Shown here: in pieces, positions 27,421 to 37,963 of the stretch | How the letters are laid out: the number at the start of each line of letters is the position of its first letter | Position numbering within the stretch: the stretch's first letter is position 1 | Source: an uncultured bacterium | GTDB lineage: Bacteria; Oederibacteriota; PGYV01; CAWJRG01 | Reading direction: 5' to 3' | DNA: 64,000 nucleotides | NCBI GenBank assembly: GCA_963845185.1 | Contig: CAWJRG010000010.1 | Coordinates: forward strand, 704,001-768,000 | Translations under genes and position numbers: made by a program | Notes under the pieces: generated by a model | What the model saw: the letters and a program-made list of their open reading frames with translations, nothing else | Told to the model about the DNA's origin: nothing | The model's database searches: none

Positions 27421-27950
27421 ACATGCCTGCGGGATGTTTAACGGGTAGAGTCATCTTAATAATATGCCTTTCTACCCAGGATAGGGGGTTTTATACCGAT
27501 GGTATGAATTTTCCCCTCCCAGACCTAAATTTCTTACCATTGGTAAGAATTGCCTTTTTTTCCGTTTTCCCCAAATATTGACAAGGCTTTTATGGCACGC
27601 CCGACAATAAATTGCTATACTGCTACCCCATCTTTGACCCGCCCAGCCACCGGATTTATTGCATTGCAATAAATTACCATGAAACAGGCGCCTTATCACC
27701 ACATTTTTTATAAATTCGTTTCAAATTGAAACATACATGCCACGAATAATTAGCGTGTCCTAAATTTGAGCAGCAGTAGCGAATAGTTTGTGGTGGTTTG
27801 GGCATTCTATAAACTTAAACGTCAGCGAATGGTTTATTGTTGTGGATTCGTCCGAATTGCCTTGATTAATGCGGTTAGTTACAATTTCGTACAAAGTATT
27901 TTATACGAATAGTGTAGATAATAATATAAGGTAATTTAAAATTATGTGGA

Positions 27951-29381
27951 TTACTTTTTAGGATGGATAAGGTATTTATCTATTTCTTCTGCTGCTTTTA
28001 TGCCTTCTGCCAGCGCCCATACTATCAGTGAAGGCCCGCGGTATATGTCGCCGGCGCTGAATACTCCCTTGACCGACGTCATAAAATCCTCGTTTCTCGC
28101 AACATTTCCCCTGTCGTCGAATTTTACTTTCAGCTCGCTTAAAAGCCCCTGCTTTTCCGGGCTTGTAAACCCCATTGCAAGTATCACAAGGTCTGCTTCT
28201 ATGTCAAACTCACTTCCTTTTACATCTTTCATCACCGGCCTTGCCTGCCCGGGCTCTTTTACAAACTCAACCCTTGCGCATACTGCTTTTGTCACCCTTC
28301 CGGATTCACCTGTGAATTTCTTTGTTGTTATTGCCCATTTTCTTTCCCCGCCTTCCTCGTGGCTCGACGACACTTTAAGTATAAGCGGGTACTTTGGCCA
28401 CTCCTGCCCTTTTGGCCTTTCTTTTGACGGCTCAGGCAGTATTTCCACCTGCGTAACGCACTTTGCGCCCTGCCTGTGCGCCGTACCCACGCAGTCAGCT
28501 CCTGTGTCTCCGCCGCCTATCACAAGCACGCTTTTATCTTTTGCGTCCATTAGCTCTTCCCTGCTGAATTTGCTTCCTGCTACCCTTTTATTCGACTGGG
28601 TAAGGTAGTCCATGGCAAAATATATGCCGGATAAATTCCTTCCCTCTATTTTCAAATCCCTTGGCGCCCTGCATCCCATCGCAAGGCATACAGCATCAAA
28701 ATCCTTTTTCAGTTTATCGGCTGTTATATCTGTATTTGTCTTAAACTCAATTCCTTCTGCTTCCCATATTTTGACACGCCTGTCTATCACATTTTTTTCA
28801 AGTTTGAAATCAGGTATGCCGTACCTTAATATGCCGCCTAATTTGTCGTCTTTTTCAAAAACAGTTACGCTGTACCCGAGTTTGTTAAGAGCGGATGCAG
28901 CCGATAACCCTGCGGGCCCTGAACCCACAACCGCAACTTTTTTTCCCGTTCTTATAGCCGGCGGGTTTGGCTTGATAAGCCCAAGCTCAAACGCCTTTTC
29001 AATGATTGCCAGCTCATTTTCCCTGATTGTCACGGGAAAGTCGTTTATGCCAAGCACGCACGCGTATTCGCACGGCGCAGGGCATACCCTGCCTGTGATT
29101 TCCGGGAAAGTGTTCATCGCGTTCAGCAGGTCAAAAGCAGCTGCAAAACGTCCCCTGAACATATTGTCGTTCCACTCGGGCACGTAGTTTCCCAGAGGGC
29201 ACGCCCAGTTACAAAAAGGCGTGCCGCAATCCATGCAGCGCGACGCCTGTTCCATTGTGTGCTCTACCGGCTGTATTAAAACCACTGGCTCAAAATCTTT
29301 TACACGGTCGCATACCGGCCTGTACGTAAAAGTTTTTCTGGGGTATTTTAAAAATCCTCTCTGGTCACCCATCTGCTTCAT
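27951..29381 (-). CDS. gltD: Glutamate synthase small subunit
   Basis: RCMDCGTPFC, GSGPAG, GGGDTGADC. Confidence 0.96.
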   Translation of the reverse strand: MKQMGDQRGFLKYPRKTFTYRPVCDRVKDFEPVVLIQPVEHTMEQASRCMDCGTPFCNWACPLGNYVPEWNDNMFRGRFAAAFDLLNAMNTFPEITGRVCPAPCEYACVLGINDFPVTIRENELAIIEKAFELGLIKPNPPAIRTGKKVAVVGSGPAGLSAASALNKLGYSVTVFEKDDKLGGILRYGIPDFKLEKNVIDRRVKIWEAEGIEFKTNTDITADKLKKDFDAVCLAMGCRAPRDLKIEGRNLSGIYFAMDYLTQSNKRVAGSKFSREELMDAKDKSVLVIGGGDTGADCVGTAHRQGAKCVTQVEILPEPSKERPKGQEWPKYPLILKVSSSHEEGGERKWAITTKKFTGESGRVTKAVCARVEFVKEPGQARPVMKDVKGSEFDIEADLVILAMGFTSPEKQGLLSELKVKFDDRGNVARNEDFMTSVKGVFSAGDIYRGPSLIVWALAEGIKAAEEIDKYLIHPKK

Positions 29382-32300
29382 CCTCCAGGTCTTTTTGCGC
29401 GACTGCTTTCCTGAGCTTTAAAATATTTTTATATTCTGTCGGTATTATTTTGACGAATTTTTTCAGTGACGCGTTTAAGTTGTCGAGTATCTCTTTCGCC
29501 CGTGGGCTTCCGGTATATTTGTGGTGGTTAAAAAGCAGGTTGTTTATGATTTTCGAGTCTTCCGCGCTTATTTCCTCGAATTCAACCATGTCCATATTGC
29601 ATTTTTTCTTAAAATCTCCGTTTATGTCAAAAACGTACGCTATGCCTCCTGACATGCCTGCGGCAAAGTTCCTGCCTGTCGGCCCCAGCACGACTATGCT
29701 CCCTCCTGTCATGTATTCACAGCCGTGGTCTCCAGTGCCTTCCACTACGCCCAGAAGCCCTGAGTTCCTTATGCAGAACCTCTCGCCTGCTATGCCCCTG
29801 ATATACGCTTCGCCGCATATGGCGCCGTAAAATGTCGTGTTGCCTATTATAATATTTTCCTCAGGCTTGAACCCTGCTTTTTTCTCCGGGTAAATTATGA
29901 TTTTTCCGCCTGATATTCCCTTTCCCACATAGTCATTTGCCATGCCTTCTAACTCGAACGTCACTCCCTTTGCGAGGAAAGCGCCGAAGCTCTGGCCGGC
30001 AACGCCCCTGAACTTGAAATTTATCGTGTCCTCGGGCAATGCCTGCTCGCCAAATATCCTGCATACCTCGCCTGAAAGCATGGCGCCCGTTGTCCTGTCG
30101 GTGTTATTGATTTCGACATTTGCCGAGACATTCTTCGAGTTTTTTAAAGCAGGAGCAGCGAGTTTTATGAGTTTCCTGTCGAGCACCTTGTCTATCTGGT
30201 GGTTTTGTTTTATAGTGCAGTGTGTCTTGACCGTCTTCGGCACTCTGGGCTTGTATAATATTTTTGAGTAATCCAGGTTTTCCGCTTTCCAGGGAATAAT
30301 ATCATTGTTCATCTCAAGCAAATCAACCCTTCCTATGAGTTCGTCAATTGTCCTTATACCAAGCTGGGCCATTATCTCCCTTGTTTCCCTTGCCACAAAA
30401 GTAAAGTAGTTAATGAGATGTTCCGGCCTGCCCTTAAACCTTGTTTGCAGCACGTCGTCCTGCGTAGCTATGCCCAGCGCACAGTTGTTTAGATTGCAAT
30501 GCCTGAGCATGACGCATCCCATTACCACGAGCCCTGCAGTTCCGAACCCGTATTCCTCTGCCCCAAGGCATGCAGCCACGACTATGTCCCTGCCTGTCCT
30601 CATCTGGCCGTCTGTCTGCAGTCTCACCCTGCTGCGCAGGTCATTCAGCACAAGGGTCTGGTGTGTTTCTGAAAGTCCGAGTTCCCACGGGAGGCCGGCG
30701 TGCATTATTGACGCTCTCGGCGACGCTCCTGTGCCCCCGTCGCCTCCGGATATCAGTATCATATCAGCATGGCCTTTTGCCACTCCTGCTGCTACTGTGC
30801 CAACGCCTATCTCAGACACAAGCTTCACGCTTATTCTCGCCCTCGGGTTGGCGTTTTTTAAGTCAAAAATCAGCTGCTTCAGGTCCTCTATTGAATAAAT
30901 GTCATGGTGCGGCGGAGGTGAAATCAAAGTCACTCCCGGAGTAGTGTACCTTGTCTTTGCTATTATTTCGCTAACCTTGTGCCCGGGCAATTGCCCGCCC
31001 TCGCCCGGCTTCGCGCCCTGCGCTATTTTAATCTGTAATTCATCGGCGTTCACCAGGTAATTTGTCGTAACGCCGAACCTGCCTGATGCCACCTGCTTTA
31101 CAGCGCTCCTTTTCGAGTCGCCATTCGGCATGAGCGTGAATCTTGCCGGGTCCTCGCCGCCCTCGCCTGTATTTGACTGGCCTTTTATCCTGTTCATGGC
31201 TATTGCCATGGTCTCGTGCGCAGGGCCTGATATAGCGCCGAAACTCATCGCGCCTATCACCAGCCTTTTGAATATTTTTTCAATCGCCTCGACTTTTTCT
31301 ATGGGTATTGGTTTTGCCTTTTTGAATTTCATGAGCCCGCGCAAAGTGGCAGGATTTTTTGACTGGTCGTTTATCAGCGACGCAAACTGCCTGTAGCACG
31401 CCTCGTCGTTGTTTTTCGCCGCGTCCTGCAAAGCCGCGACTGAATCCGGGTTCCATAAATGGAACTCGCCGTCTTTTCTCCACTGGTAAATGCCGCCTGT
31501 TTTCAATATGCTGCCAGGCGTGCCTGTATCCGGAAACGCATCTCTATGCCTGAGCCTGTTTTCCTCAAAAATCACGTCAAAGCCGGCTCCGCCTATGCGC
31601 GAGACCGTGCCTGTGAAGCACTTTTCTATTACTTCGCTGTCCAGACCTATTGCCTCGAATATCTGCGCGCCCTTGTAGCTCGGCACCGCTGATATGCCCA
31701 TTTTTGACATTATTTTAAGTATGCCTTTATTGACAGTGTCAATATAGTTTGTTTCGGCTTTTTCATAGCTGATTTTGATGTCCCCGTCTTTTATCATGTG
31801 CCTTATTGCGTCAAAGGACAAATACGGGTTTATTGCGTCAGCGCCGAATCCCAAAAGCGCATTAAAATGGTGTATCTCCCTTGCCTCGGCCGACTCGAGC
31901 ATAATGCCTATCCTTGTCCTAAGCTCTTTTTTTACAAGGTACTGGTGCACAGCGCCAAGGCCAAGCAAATCAGGCAAGGCAGCCTTTTCCCTGCTTATAC
32001 CCCTGTCACTTAATATAATAAAGGAATATCCCTCGTTAATCGCGGCCTCTGCCTGGCTGCAGATGTTGTCAAGAGCGGATAAAAAATCTTTTTTATTATT
32101 TGCGCCGTATAAAAGCGATATTGTTTTTGTTCTGAACCCCCTAGTATTGATGTTCCTTATTTTTTCAAGCTCGCTGTTTTTCAGTACAGGCGTTTTTATC
32201 TCAAGCTTGTGGCAGTGGCTGGTGCCGTCCATGAGTATATTTTTCTGCTGGCCTATGTAAGCTTCCAGGCTCATTACGACTTTTTCGCGTATCGAGTCTA

Positions 32301-33912
32301 TGGGAGGGTTTGTAACCTGCGCGAACAGCTGCTTGAAATACAGATAAAGCATTTGTGGGTTTTTTGAAAGAACGCCTGGCGGCGTGTCGTTGCCCATGGC
32401 ACCTGTCGGGTCCTTTGCTTCCTCGGCCATGGGTTTAAAAATTTCCTTTAAATCCTCCCTTGTGTATCCGAATGCCTTCATCAGTGTCATGGTATCTGCA
32501 TCTGAATAATCTTTTGCCGGCTCTTCAGCCAGCTCGTTAAGCGATACCATTTCATTTTTTATCCATTCGGAATAAGGTTCTTTTTGCGACATTTCTTTTT
32601 TTATCTCGCTGTCATTTACGATTTTGCCCTTCTCGGTATCTATAAAAAATATCTTGCCCGGCTCAAGCCTGCCTGATTTTTCAATATTATCGGCCTCTGC
32701 ATCATATACTCCGACCTCTGACGCCATTATGACAAAATCGTCTTTTGTAATTATATACCTTGCAGGCCTCAGGCCGTTCCTGTCAAGCACTGCCCCGACT
32801 TTTGTGCCGTCGGTAAAAGCCACTGCCGCTGGGCCGTCCCACGGCTCAGTAAGGCAGGCGTTGTACTTATAAAAACTTCTTAAATTATCGTCAAGAAAAT
32901 CATTGTGCTCCCATGCAGCCGGTATGAGCATCATAATGGCCTGCTGAGTTTGCCTGCCTGAAAGCGCCAGAAGCTCGAACATGTTGTCGAGCATTGCCGA
33001 ATCGCTGCCGCCCTCGACTATGACAGGTTTTACTTTCTCAATATCAGCTCCAAAAAGTTCGGACTCAAGAAGGCTCTCCCGCGCCGTCATCCAGTTTATG
33101 TTCCCGCGGAGAGTGTTTATCTCACCGTTGTGCGCGAGGAACCTGAAAGGCTGGGCAAGGTCCCATGTCGGGAAAGTATTTGTGGAATAGCGGGAGTGCA
33201 CCAGGCAGATGGCGCTTTTGATGCTGGTATCCTGCAAATCAAGAAAAAATTCGTCAATCTGTTCCGGCATTAAAAGCCCCTTGTAAATAAAAGTACGGCA
33301 TGAAAGGTTTGTAATATAAAACCACGATTTGGTTATGCCTGCTGCCTTGACTTTGTTTTCAATGCTCTTCCTGATTACGTAAAGTTTCCTTTCAAAAGCA
33401 AGGCTGTCCTGAAGCGATTCAGGTCTTTTTATGAATACCTGTTCAAATTTCGGAGCTGTCAATTTCGCAGTCTTTCCTATTGCGGTTTTATCGACAGGCA
33501 CGCTGCGCCAGCCAAGCAGAGAACATCCCTCTTCATTGATGATTTTAACAAAGGTTTTTTTGCAGAATGCATAGTCTTTTTTGTTTTTCGGCAGGAATAT
33601 AAGTCCTGTGCCGTATTCGCCAGGACCCGGCAGATCAATTTTCTTTTTTGTGCATACTTTTTTGAAAAACTCGTGAGGCATCTGTATCAGTATGCCTGCG
33701 CCGTCGCCTGTTTTGGGGTCAGCGCCTGTTGCACCGCGGTGAGCCAGCCTTTTTACTATATCAATGCCTTTTTTTACGACATAATTGGTTTTTACACCTT
33801 TTATGTTGCATAAAAATCCTACGCCGCAGGAGTCATGCTCTAAGGAAGGGTCGTATAAACCCTGTTTTTCAGGAAAACCCGGTTTTATCATTTTTTGCCT
33901 TTGTTTATGCAC
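29365..33912 (-). CDS. gltB: Glutamate synthase large subunit
   Basis: EHDSCGVGF, HNGEINT, QGAKPGEGG, PPPHHDIYSIED; true start may be the ATG at 33891. Confidence 0.97.
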   Translation of the reverse strand: MHKQRQKMIKPGFPEKQGLYDPSLEHDSCGVGFLCNIKGVKTNYVVKKGIDIVKRLAHRGATGADPKTGDGAGILIQMPHEFFKKVCTKKKIDLPGPGEYGTGLIFLPKNKKDYAFCKKTFVKIINEEGCSLLGWRSVPVDKTAIGKTAKLTAPKFEQVFIKRPESLQDSLAFERKLYVIRKSIENKVKAAGITKSWFYITNLSCRTFIYKGLLMPEQIDEFFLDLQDTSIKSAICLVHSRYSTNTFPTWDLAQPFRFLAHNGEINTLRGNINWMTARESLLESELFGADIEKVKPVIVEGGSDSAMLDNMFELLALSGRQTQQAIMMLIPAAWEHNDFLDDNLRSFYKYNACLTEPWDGPAAVAFTDGTKVGAVLDRNGLRPARYIITKDDFVIMASEVGVYDAEADNIEKSGRLEPGKIFFIDTEKGKIVNDSEIKKEMSQKEPYSEWIKNEMVSLNELAEEPAKDYSDADTMTLMKAFGYTREDLKEIFKPMAEEAKDPTGAMGNDTPPGVLSKNPQMLYLYFKQLFAQVTNPPIDSIREKVVMSLEAYIGQQKNILMDGTSHCHKLEIKTPVLKNSELEKIRNINTRGFRTKTISLLYGANNKKDFLSALDNICSQAEAAINEGYSFIILSDRGISREKAALPDLLGLGAVHQYLVKKELRTRIGIMLESAEAREIHHFNALLGFGADAINPYLSFDAIRHMIKDGDIKISYEKAETNYIDTVNKGILKIMSKMGISAVPSYKGAQIFEAIGLDSEVIEKCFTGTVSRIGGAGFDVIFEENRLRHRDAFPDTGTPGSILKTGGIYQWRKDGEFHLWNPDSVAALQDAAKNNDEACYRQFASLINDQSKNPATLRGLMKFKKAKPIPIEKVEAIEKIFKRLVIGAMSFGAISGPAHETMAIAMNRIKGQSNTGEGGEDPARFTLMPNGDSKRSAVKQVASGRFGVTTNYLVNADELQIKIAQGAKPGEGGQLPGHKVSEIIAKTRYTTPGVTLISPPPHHDIYSIEDLKQLIFDLKNANPRARISVKLVSEIGVGTVAAGVAKGHADMILISGGDGGTGASPRASIMHAGLPWELGLSETHQTLVLNDLRSRVRLQTDGQMRTGRDIVVAACLGAEEYGFGTAGLVVMGCVMLRHCNLNNCALGIATQDDVLQTRFKGRPEHLINYFTFVARETREIMAQLGIRTIDELIGRVDLLEMNNDIIPWKAENLDYSKILYKPRVPKTVKTHCTIKQNHQIDKVLDRKLIKLAAPALKNSKNVSANVEINNTDRTTGAMLSGEVCRIFGEQALPEDTINFKFRGVAGQSFGAFLAKGVTFELEGMANDYVGKGISGGKIIIYPEKKAGFKPEENIIIGNTTFYGAICGEAYIRGIAGERFCIRNSGLLGVVEGTGDHGCEYMTGGSIVVLGPTGRNFAAGMSGGIAYVFDINGDFKKKCNMDMVEFEEISAEDSKIINNLLFNHHKYTGSPRAKEILDNLNASLKKFVKIIPTEYKNILKLRKAVAQKDLEDEADG

Positions 33913-33940
33913 GTTCTTTTAGCTTAAATGGTCGGTTTAA

Positions 33941-33988
33941 ACAAAAAAGCCCTTTTATATGCTTGTGGCCTATAAAAGGGGTGCTTTT
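33941..33988 (-). terminator. Proximal terminator hairpin in the gltB leader
   Basis: CCCTTTTATA/TATAAAAGGG stem followed by CTTTTTTGTTT. Confidence 0.65.
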
Positions 33989-34011
33989 ATATTTTCGTTT
34001 GGCCTGAGACT

Positions 34012-34038
34012 AAAAAACCCCAAAATTTCTTGGGGCTT
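34012..34038 (-). terminator. Distal terminator hairpin in the gltB leader
   Basis: AAGCCCCAAG-AAAT-TTTGGGGTTTTTT. Confidence 0.65.
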
Positions 34039-34072
34039 AATGCCGTAGTAAAATTTTTTATTTTCGCGCATG

Positions 34073-34100
34073 ATTATATCACTCGGTAAAATATTGTCAA
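34073..34100 (-). promoter_or_regulatory. Sigma70 promoter for gltBD
   Basis: TTGACA-N16-TATAAT. Confidence 0.75.
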
Positions 34101-34304
34101 GTTTTTTGCATAAAGTATCTGAAATTGCTGTGAAACAGGCGTTCATTCCCGTTCAAACCATGACTATTTTGACCAGACGATGGACATGCTAAACTTGAGA
34201 ATGCCATAATCCGGCAGTCCAAATAATTTAAAACTTGCAAGCAAGCAAAGGCTGAGGTATTATGTAGTACCTGAAAATAAATATATAAAAGCACGGAGGC
34301 ATGA

Positions 34305-35411
34305 ATGGAAGAAAAAAATAAATGGTTGAATATAATAGCCATAGGCCTTATATGTGTTTCCCTTGTTTTTATGGCAATAAAAGTGGCCAGATACTGCCTG
34401 GCAGGAAACGGCCCGGATCTGACCAGGACTTTTGTGGCAGCTTCGGACAGGATGGACAAGGGGATAAACCCATACGGTGTTTTTAAAGGCGAGGAAGCCC
34501 AGCCGTTTTTATATCCTCCCATCTGGCTCAACTATTTTAAGGCAATAAAACACTGGAACCATTATTACGTGCATACAATAATCAATATCGCTGCGCTGGC
34601 GGGCTTGCTCTGCCTGTTGATAAAATTTATGCGGCTGACCAGGACGCAGGCAGTGTTGTTTGTTGTTTTCTTTTTGTTCGGATTTCATGACAGTACAATT
34701 ATTGATTTGCATCAGGGCAACATGTCCTTGCTTGAAATGCTTTTCCTGTGGCTGGGACTGTATCTTATCGCTGAAAAAAAATATTACTGGTCCGCTTTAT
34801 TTATTGTCCTTGCCGGGAGCGTAAAACTGTATTTCTGGGCATTTGGGGCGCTGTTCTTTTTTGTGGGTGAGGAAAAAGACAGGAAAAAAATAATAGCCGT
34901 GTTTGTCGCGCTTGTGGCAGTTTATTTGCTTGCAAATTACGTATTTTATAAACAGGAATTCGCGGGCTGGATAAAAAATATTACAACCAGGAACGATCCA
35001 TACCCGCTTATCGACAGGAATCCCTTGCCGCAGCTTACGATACCTTTTGCAATTATCTGGCTTGCCGCTTCCGCGGCGAGCTTGGTATTGTTTGCAAAAC
35101 TGTTTAACAAATATGATTTGAGTACAATGCTTCTGCTGTCCACTATTATTTTAAATGTGATTGCGCCCCGGTTTAAGGCGCATCAGTACATGTTTTTAGT
35201 GCCTGGATTTTTCATGTATTACTTATATACGCAAAAATTTGAAAACATGAAATGGTACGGAACCGCTATAATGCTGCTGCTTGTCATACCGTGGGCATGG
35301 AACACGTATTTTCTTTCGTATTTTTACTGGGTAGTCCTCATATTAATATTATGGCCAATGTACAGAAATGAGTTCGTATGGCAGAACAAAATATTGAAGG
35401 ACCATGCCTGA
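34305..35411 (+). CDS. GT87-like membrane glycosyltransferase (GT-C)
   Basis: G.NPY, PFLYPP, QGN, VKLY; multiple TM segments. Confidence 0.75.
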   Translation: MEEKNKWLNIIAIGLICVSLVFMAIKVARYCLAGNGPDLTRTFVAASDRMDKGINPYGVFKGEEAQPFLYPPIWLNYFKAIKHWNHYYVHTIINIAALAGLLCLLIKFMRLTRTQAVLFVVFFLFGFHDSTIIDLHQGNMSLLEMLFLWLGLYLIAEKKYYWSALFIVLAGSVKLYFWAFGALFFFVGEEKDRKKIIAVFVALVAVYLLANYVFYKQEFAGWIKNITTRNDPYPLIDRNPLPQLTIPFAIIWLAASAASLVLFAKLFNKYDLSTMLLLSTIILNVIAPRFKAHQYMFLVPGFFMYYLYTQKFENMKWYGTAIMLLLVIPWAWNTYFLSYFYWVVLILILWPMYRNEFVWQNKILKDHA

Positions 35412-35495
35412 TATTAATCACCCCGGCCAGTTTTCAACGCACATTGGTAATGAAACAAAGCGGTTAAAAATCAATATATTAAAGGAACCTGCAAT

Positions 35496-37943
35496 ATGAA
35501 CATAAAAATAAACAGGGAAAGCTTAAAAACTCCGGCTGTAATATTCATTTTTATCCTGGTTGTTCTGGTATTTTTCAGCAATATTGTTTTTATGGGAAAA
35601 AGCCTTGTCTGCGGGGATTTGATATTGGAGCATGTGCCCAATAAACAGTTTATATCGTCAAGCTTGCTTAACGGGCATTTCCCTTTATGGATGCCTGGCA
35701 TACTTTTTGGATTCCCTTTGTTTGCTTCTGCCCAGGAGGGAGTGCTGTATCCTGTCAATCTTGCCCTGATGCATTTCCCGGCAAACAGGCAGATTGATTA
35801 TTCCGTGCTGATTCATTACCTTATTTCCGGCATTTTTATGTTTATATATTTGATGCGCATTATAAAAAACAGGAAAATTGCATTCCTTGGAATGGTAACA
35901 TGGGTCTTCTCTGGGATGTTTGTATACTGGTCGAATGTATCCTGGATAATGGCCATGAGTTATACCCCTCTTTTCTTTTATCTTGCCGAATCCTATGCTG
36001 CCACAAAAAAAATCAGGTATGCTTTTGCGTTGCCTCTGGTTGTTTCAATCACTATTTTTACTGGTCAGGTGCAGTCCACCCTGTATATATTTATCATTAC
36101 CATGCTGTATTACATTTTGCGTATTGAATGGAATAAAAACACTGTTCTGTTAAATATAAAGAGCACAGTTTTTTTTGCGTTGTGCGCCCTTTTCGGCGTG
36201 GCAATTGCCGGGGTGCAGGTGCTCCCGTCGCTTGAACTGACGCAATTTTCCACCAGAAAAGGAAGCACTTGGATGCAGTATGTGCTGGGTACGGAAAAAG
36301 TATCATTGACTAATATAATTAATACTGTTTTCCCCTACATGTTCGGTTCCACGCAAAACAACACTTATGCTGGTTTTGGTGTCACAAAATCCTGGTCCAT
36401 GTCGTATATATCCGTATATACCGGAATATCATGTTTTATTTTTTTATTATTTTCTTTTGGCCGCGTGCTTAACGACAAAAAAATAAGGCTTTTTCTTATA
36501 CTGGTCGCGGCCTCATTCCTGTTTTCTATGGGAGGGAATTTTTTCATTAACAGGCTGTTTGTATTTGTACCCGGGCTTTCAGTTTTCAGGAATCCGATAA
36601 GGATGATGGAGCCTTGTATTTTTCTTGTAATTTCTGCGGCCATGTACACGCTATCCGTGCTTAAGGAAGAGGCTGTCCCGGCAAAAGCCATGAAAATCAT
36701 ATTGTGCCTTGCATTGATAGCTTTAATTTCTGCAGCAGCAGTGCTTGTTGAGGAAAAAAATTTATTGCAGTCGATGTCGGGCGTAATCGGGAATATTGTT
36801 AAAACCAAATTCATGTCGGGCCAGTTTCATCATTATTCTTATGATTATTATTACAGCAAATTCTTGAACGCGGCAAATTTTGTTATTGCGCATATGGCCT
36901 TCCAGCTGGGTGTTCTTGTGGCAGTATTGCTTGTTTTTTTGTTTTATGGAACTAAAAAAATAGGCCGTGGAGCTTTTATCGTCCTGCTGATTGCAATGAC
37001 TGTTGCGGATTTATTTTTTAATTTTAAGGGCTTTGGGTGGGCGGCGGATTCAAAAATATTTAAAAATGAGCCGGAAACAGCCGCGTTTATTAAGCAATAC
37101 GATAAGGGGTATTACAGGATACTGCCGTGGAGGTATGTTGAAAACGAGGTATTTGTATTTAAAAACGGAAGGGCTCTTGGGACGGATAACGAATATAAGG
37201 ACTCTTTGGAAATGCTGACTCCCAATTTAAGCATGTACTATAAAATAAATAATTACGGGGGTTATGACCCTCTCGAATACAAGAAGCATGTTGATTTTCT
37301 TGCAGACACAGACAGCGGCGGCATGAAAGGCGGGGATTCATCCAATGAATGCCTGTCCAAGGGCTTTAATACGCTGAACCTGACATGCACAAAATATATA
37401 TTGTCTCCTTTTTCGCTGGATTTTAGGCAGTTGAGGCTTATAAATACAATAAAAACTATAAAAATTTATAAAAATACCGCTGCCCTTCCCATCATCAGTT
37501 TTGCGTCATCGGCACGTTATCTTAAAGACGACACGGATATTCTCGGCGAAATAAGGGGAAACAGGGTGAATTTTTCGCGTGAAGTGCTTATTAAAGGCGA
37601 AGGTAAAAATGAAAAAAGTCCCGGTAAGCCTGTCCTTATTAATGTTAAGAGATGGGATAGTGAAATTAATTTTACCGCAGAAACCCCGGTGCAGGGGTAT
37701 GCTGTGATTTCAAATTCATTTTATCCCGGATGGAAAGCATATGTGGACGGGGCGCAAACACATATTTATAATGCAGACTACATTTTTCAGGCTGTAAAGC
37801 TTGAAAAAGGCACGCATGAAATTAGGCTGATATATGAGCCTGATTCTGTAAAAAAAGGCACTGTCATTACCGTAATAAGTTTGATTTTGTATTTTGCATT
37901 ATTAATAACCGGAATTATATCAAGGAAAAAAATCAATTTTTAA
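35496..37943 (+). CDS. YfhO-family membrane protein (GT-C)
   Basis: G.FPLW.P....G.P; FYPGWKAYVDG; G.HEI.L.YEP. Confidence 0.85.
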   Translation: MNIKINRESLKTPAVIFIFILVVLVFFSNIVFMGKSLVCGDLILEHVPNKQFISSSLLNGHFPLWMPGILFGFPLFASAQEGVLYPVNLALMHFPANRQIDYSVLIHYLISGIFMFIYLMRIIKNRKIAFLGMVTWVFSGMFVYWSNVSWIMAMSYTPLFFYLAESYAATKKIRYAFALPLVVSITIFTGQVQSTLYIFIITMLYYILRIEWNKNTVLLNIKSTVFFALCALFGVAIAGVQVLPSLELTQFSTRKGSTWMQYVLGTEKVSLTNIINTVFPYMFGSTQNNTYAGFGVTKSWSMSYISVYTGISCFIFLLFSFGRVLNDKKIRLFLILVAASFLFSMGGNFFINRLFVFVPGLSVFRNPIRMMEPCIFLVISAAMYTLSVLKEEAVPAKAMKIILCLALIALISAAAVLVEEKNLLQSMSGVIGNIVKTKFMSGQFHHYSYDYYYSKFLNAANFVIAHMAFQLGVLVAVLLVFLFYGTKKIGRGAFIVLLIAMTVADLFFNFKGFGWAADSKIFKNEPETAAFIKQYDKGYYRILPWRYVENEVFVFKNGRALGTDNEYKDSLEMLTPNLSMYYKINNYGGYDPLEYKKHVDFLADTDSGGMKGGDSSNECLSKGFNTLNLTCTKYILSPFSLDFRQLRLINTIKTIKIYKNTAALPIISFASSARYLKDDTDILGEIRGNRVNFSREVLIKGEGKNEKSPGKPVLINVKRWDSEINFTAETPVQGYAVISNSFYPGWKAYVDGAQTHIYNADYIFQAVKLEKGTHEIRLIYEPDSVKKGTVITVISLILYFALLITGIISRKKINF

Positions 37944-37963
37944 CAATACACCGGAGGACATTA

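Noticed and set aside
27592..27615. Sigma54 promoter TGGCACG...TTGC
   Set aside because: The spacing between the -24 and -12 elements is 8 nt too long.
27946..33190. Long antisense ORFs opposite gltBD (and opposite ahcY, cpaF, nrdD, rpoD)
   Set aside because: Shadow frames of well-conserved genes with no RBS or recognisable motifs.
33970..34071. 33-aa uORF (MRENKKFYYG...) in the gltB leader as an attenuator peptide
   Set aside because: Its ATG lies 1 nt from the -10 box, upstream of the likely TSS; it has no RBS and no Gln/Glu codon run.
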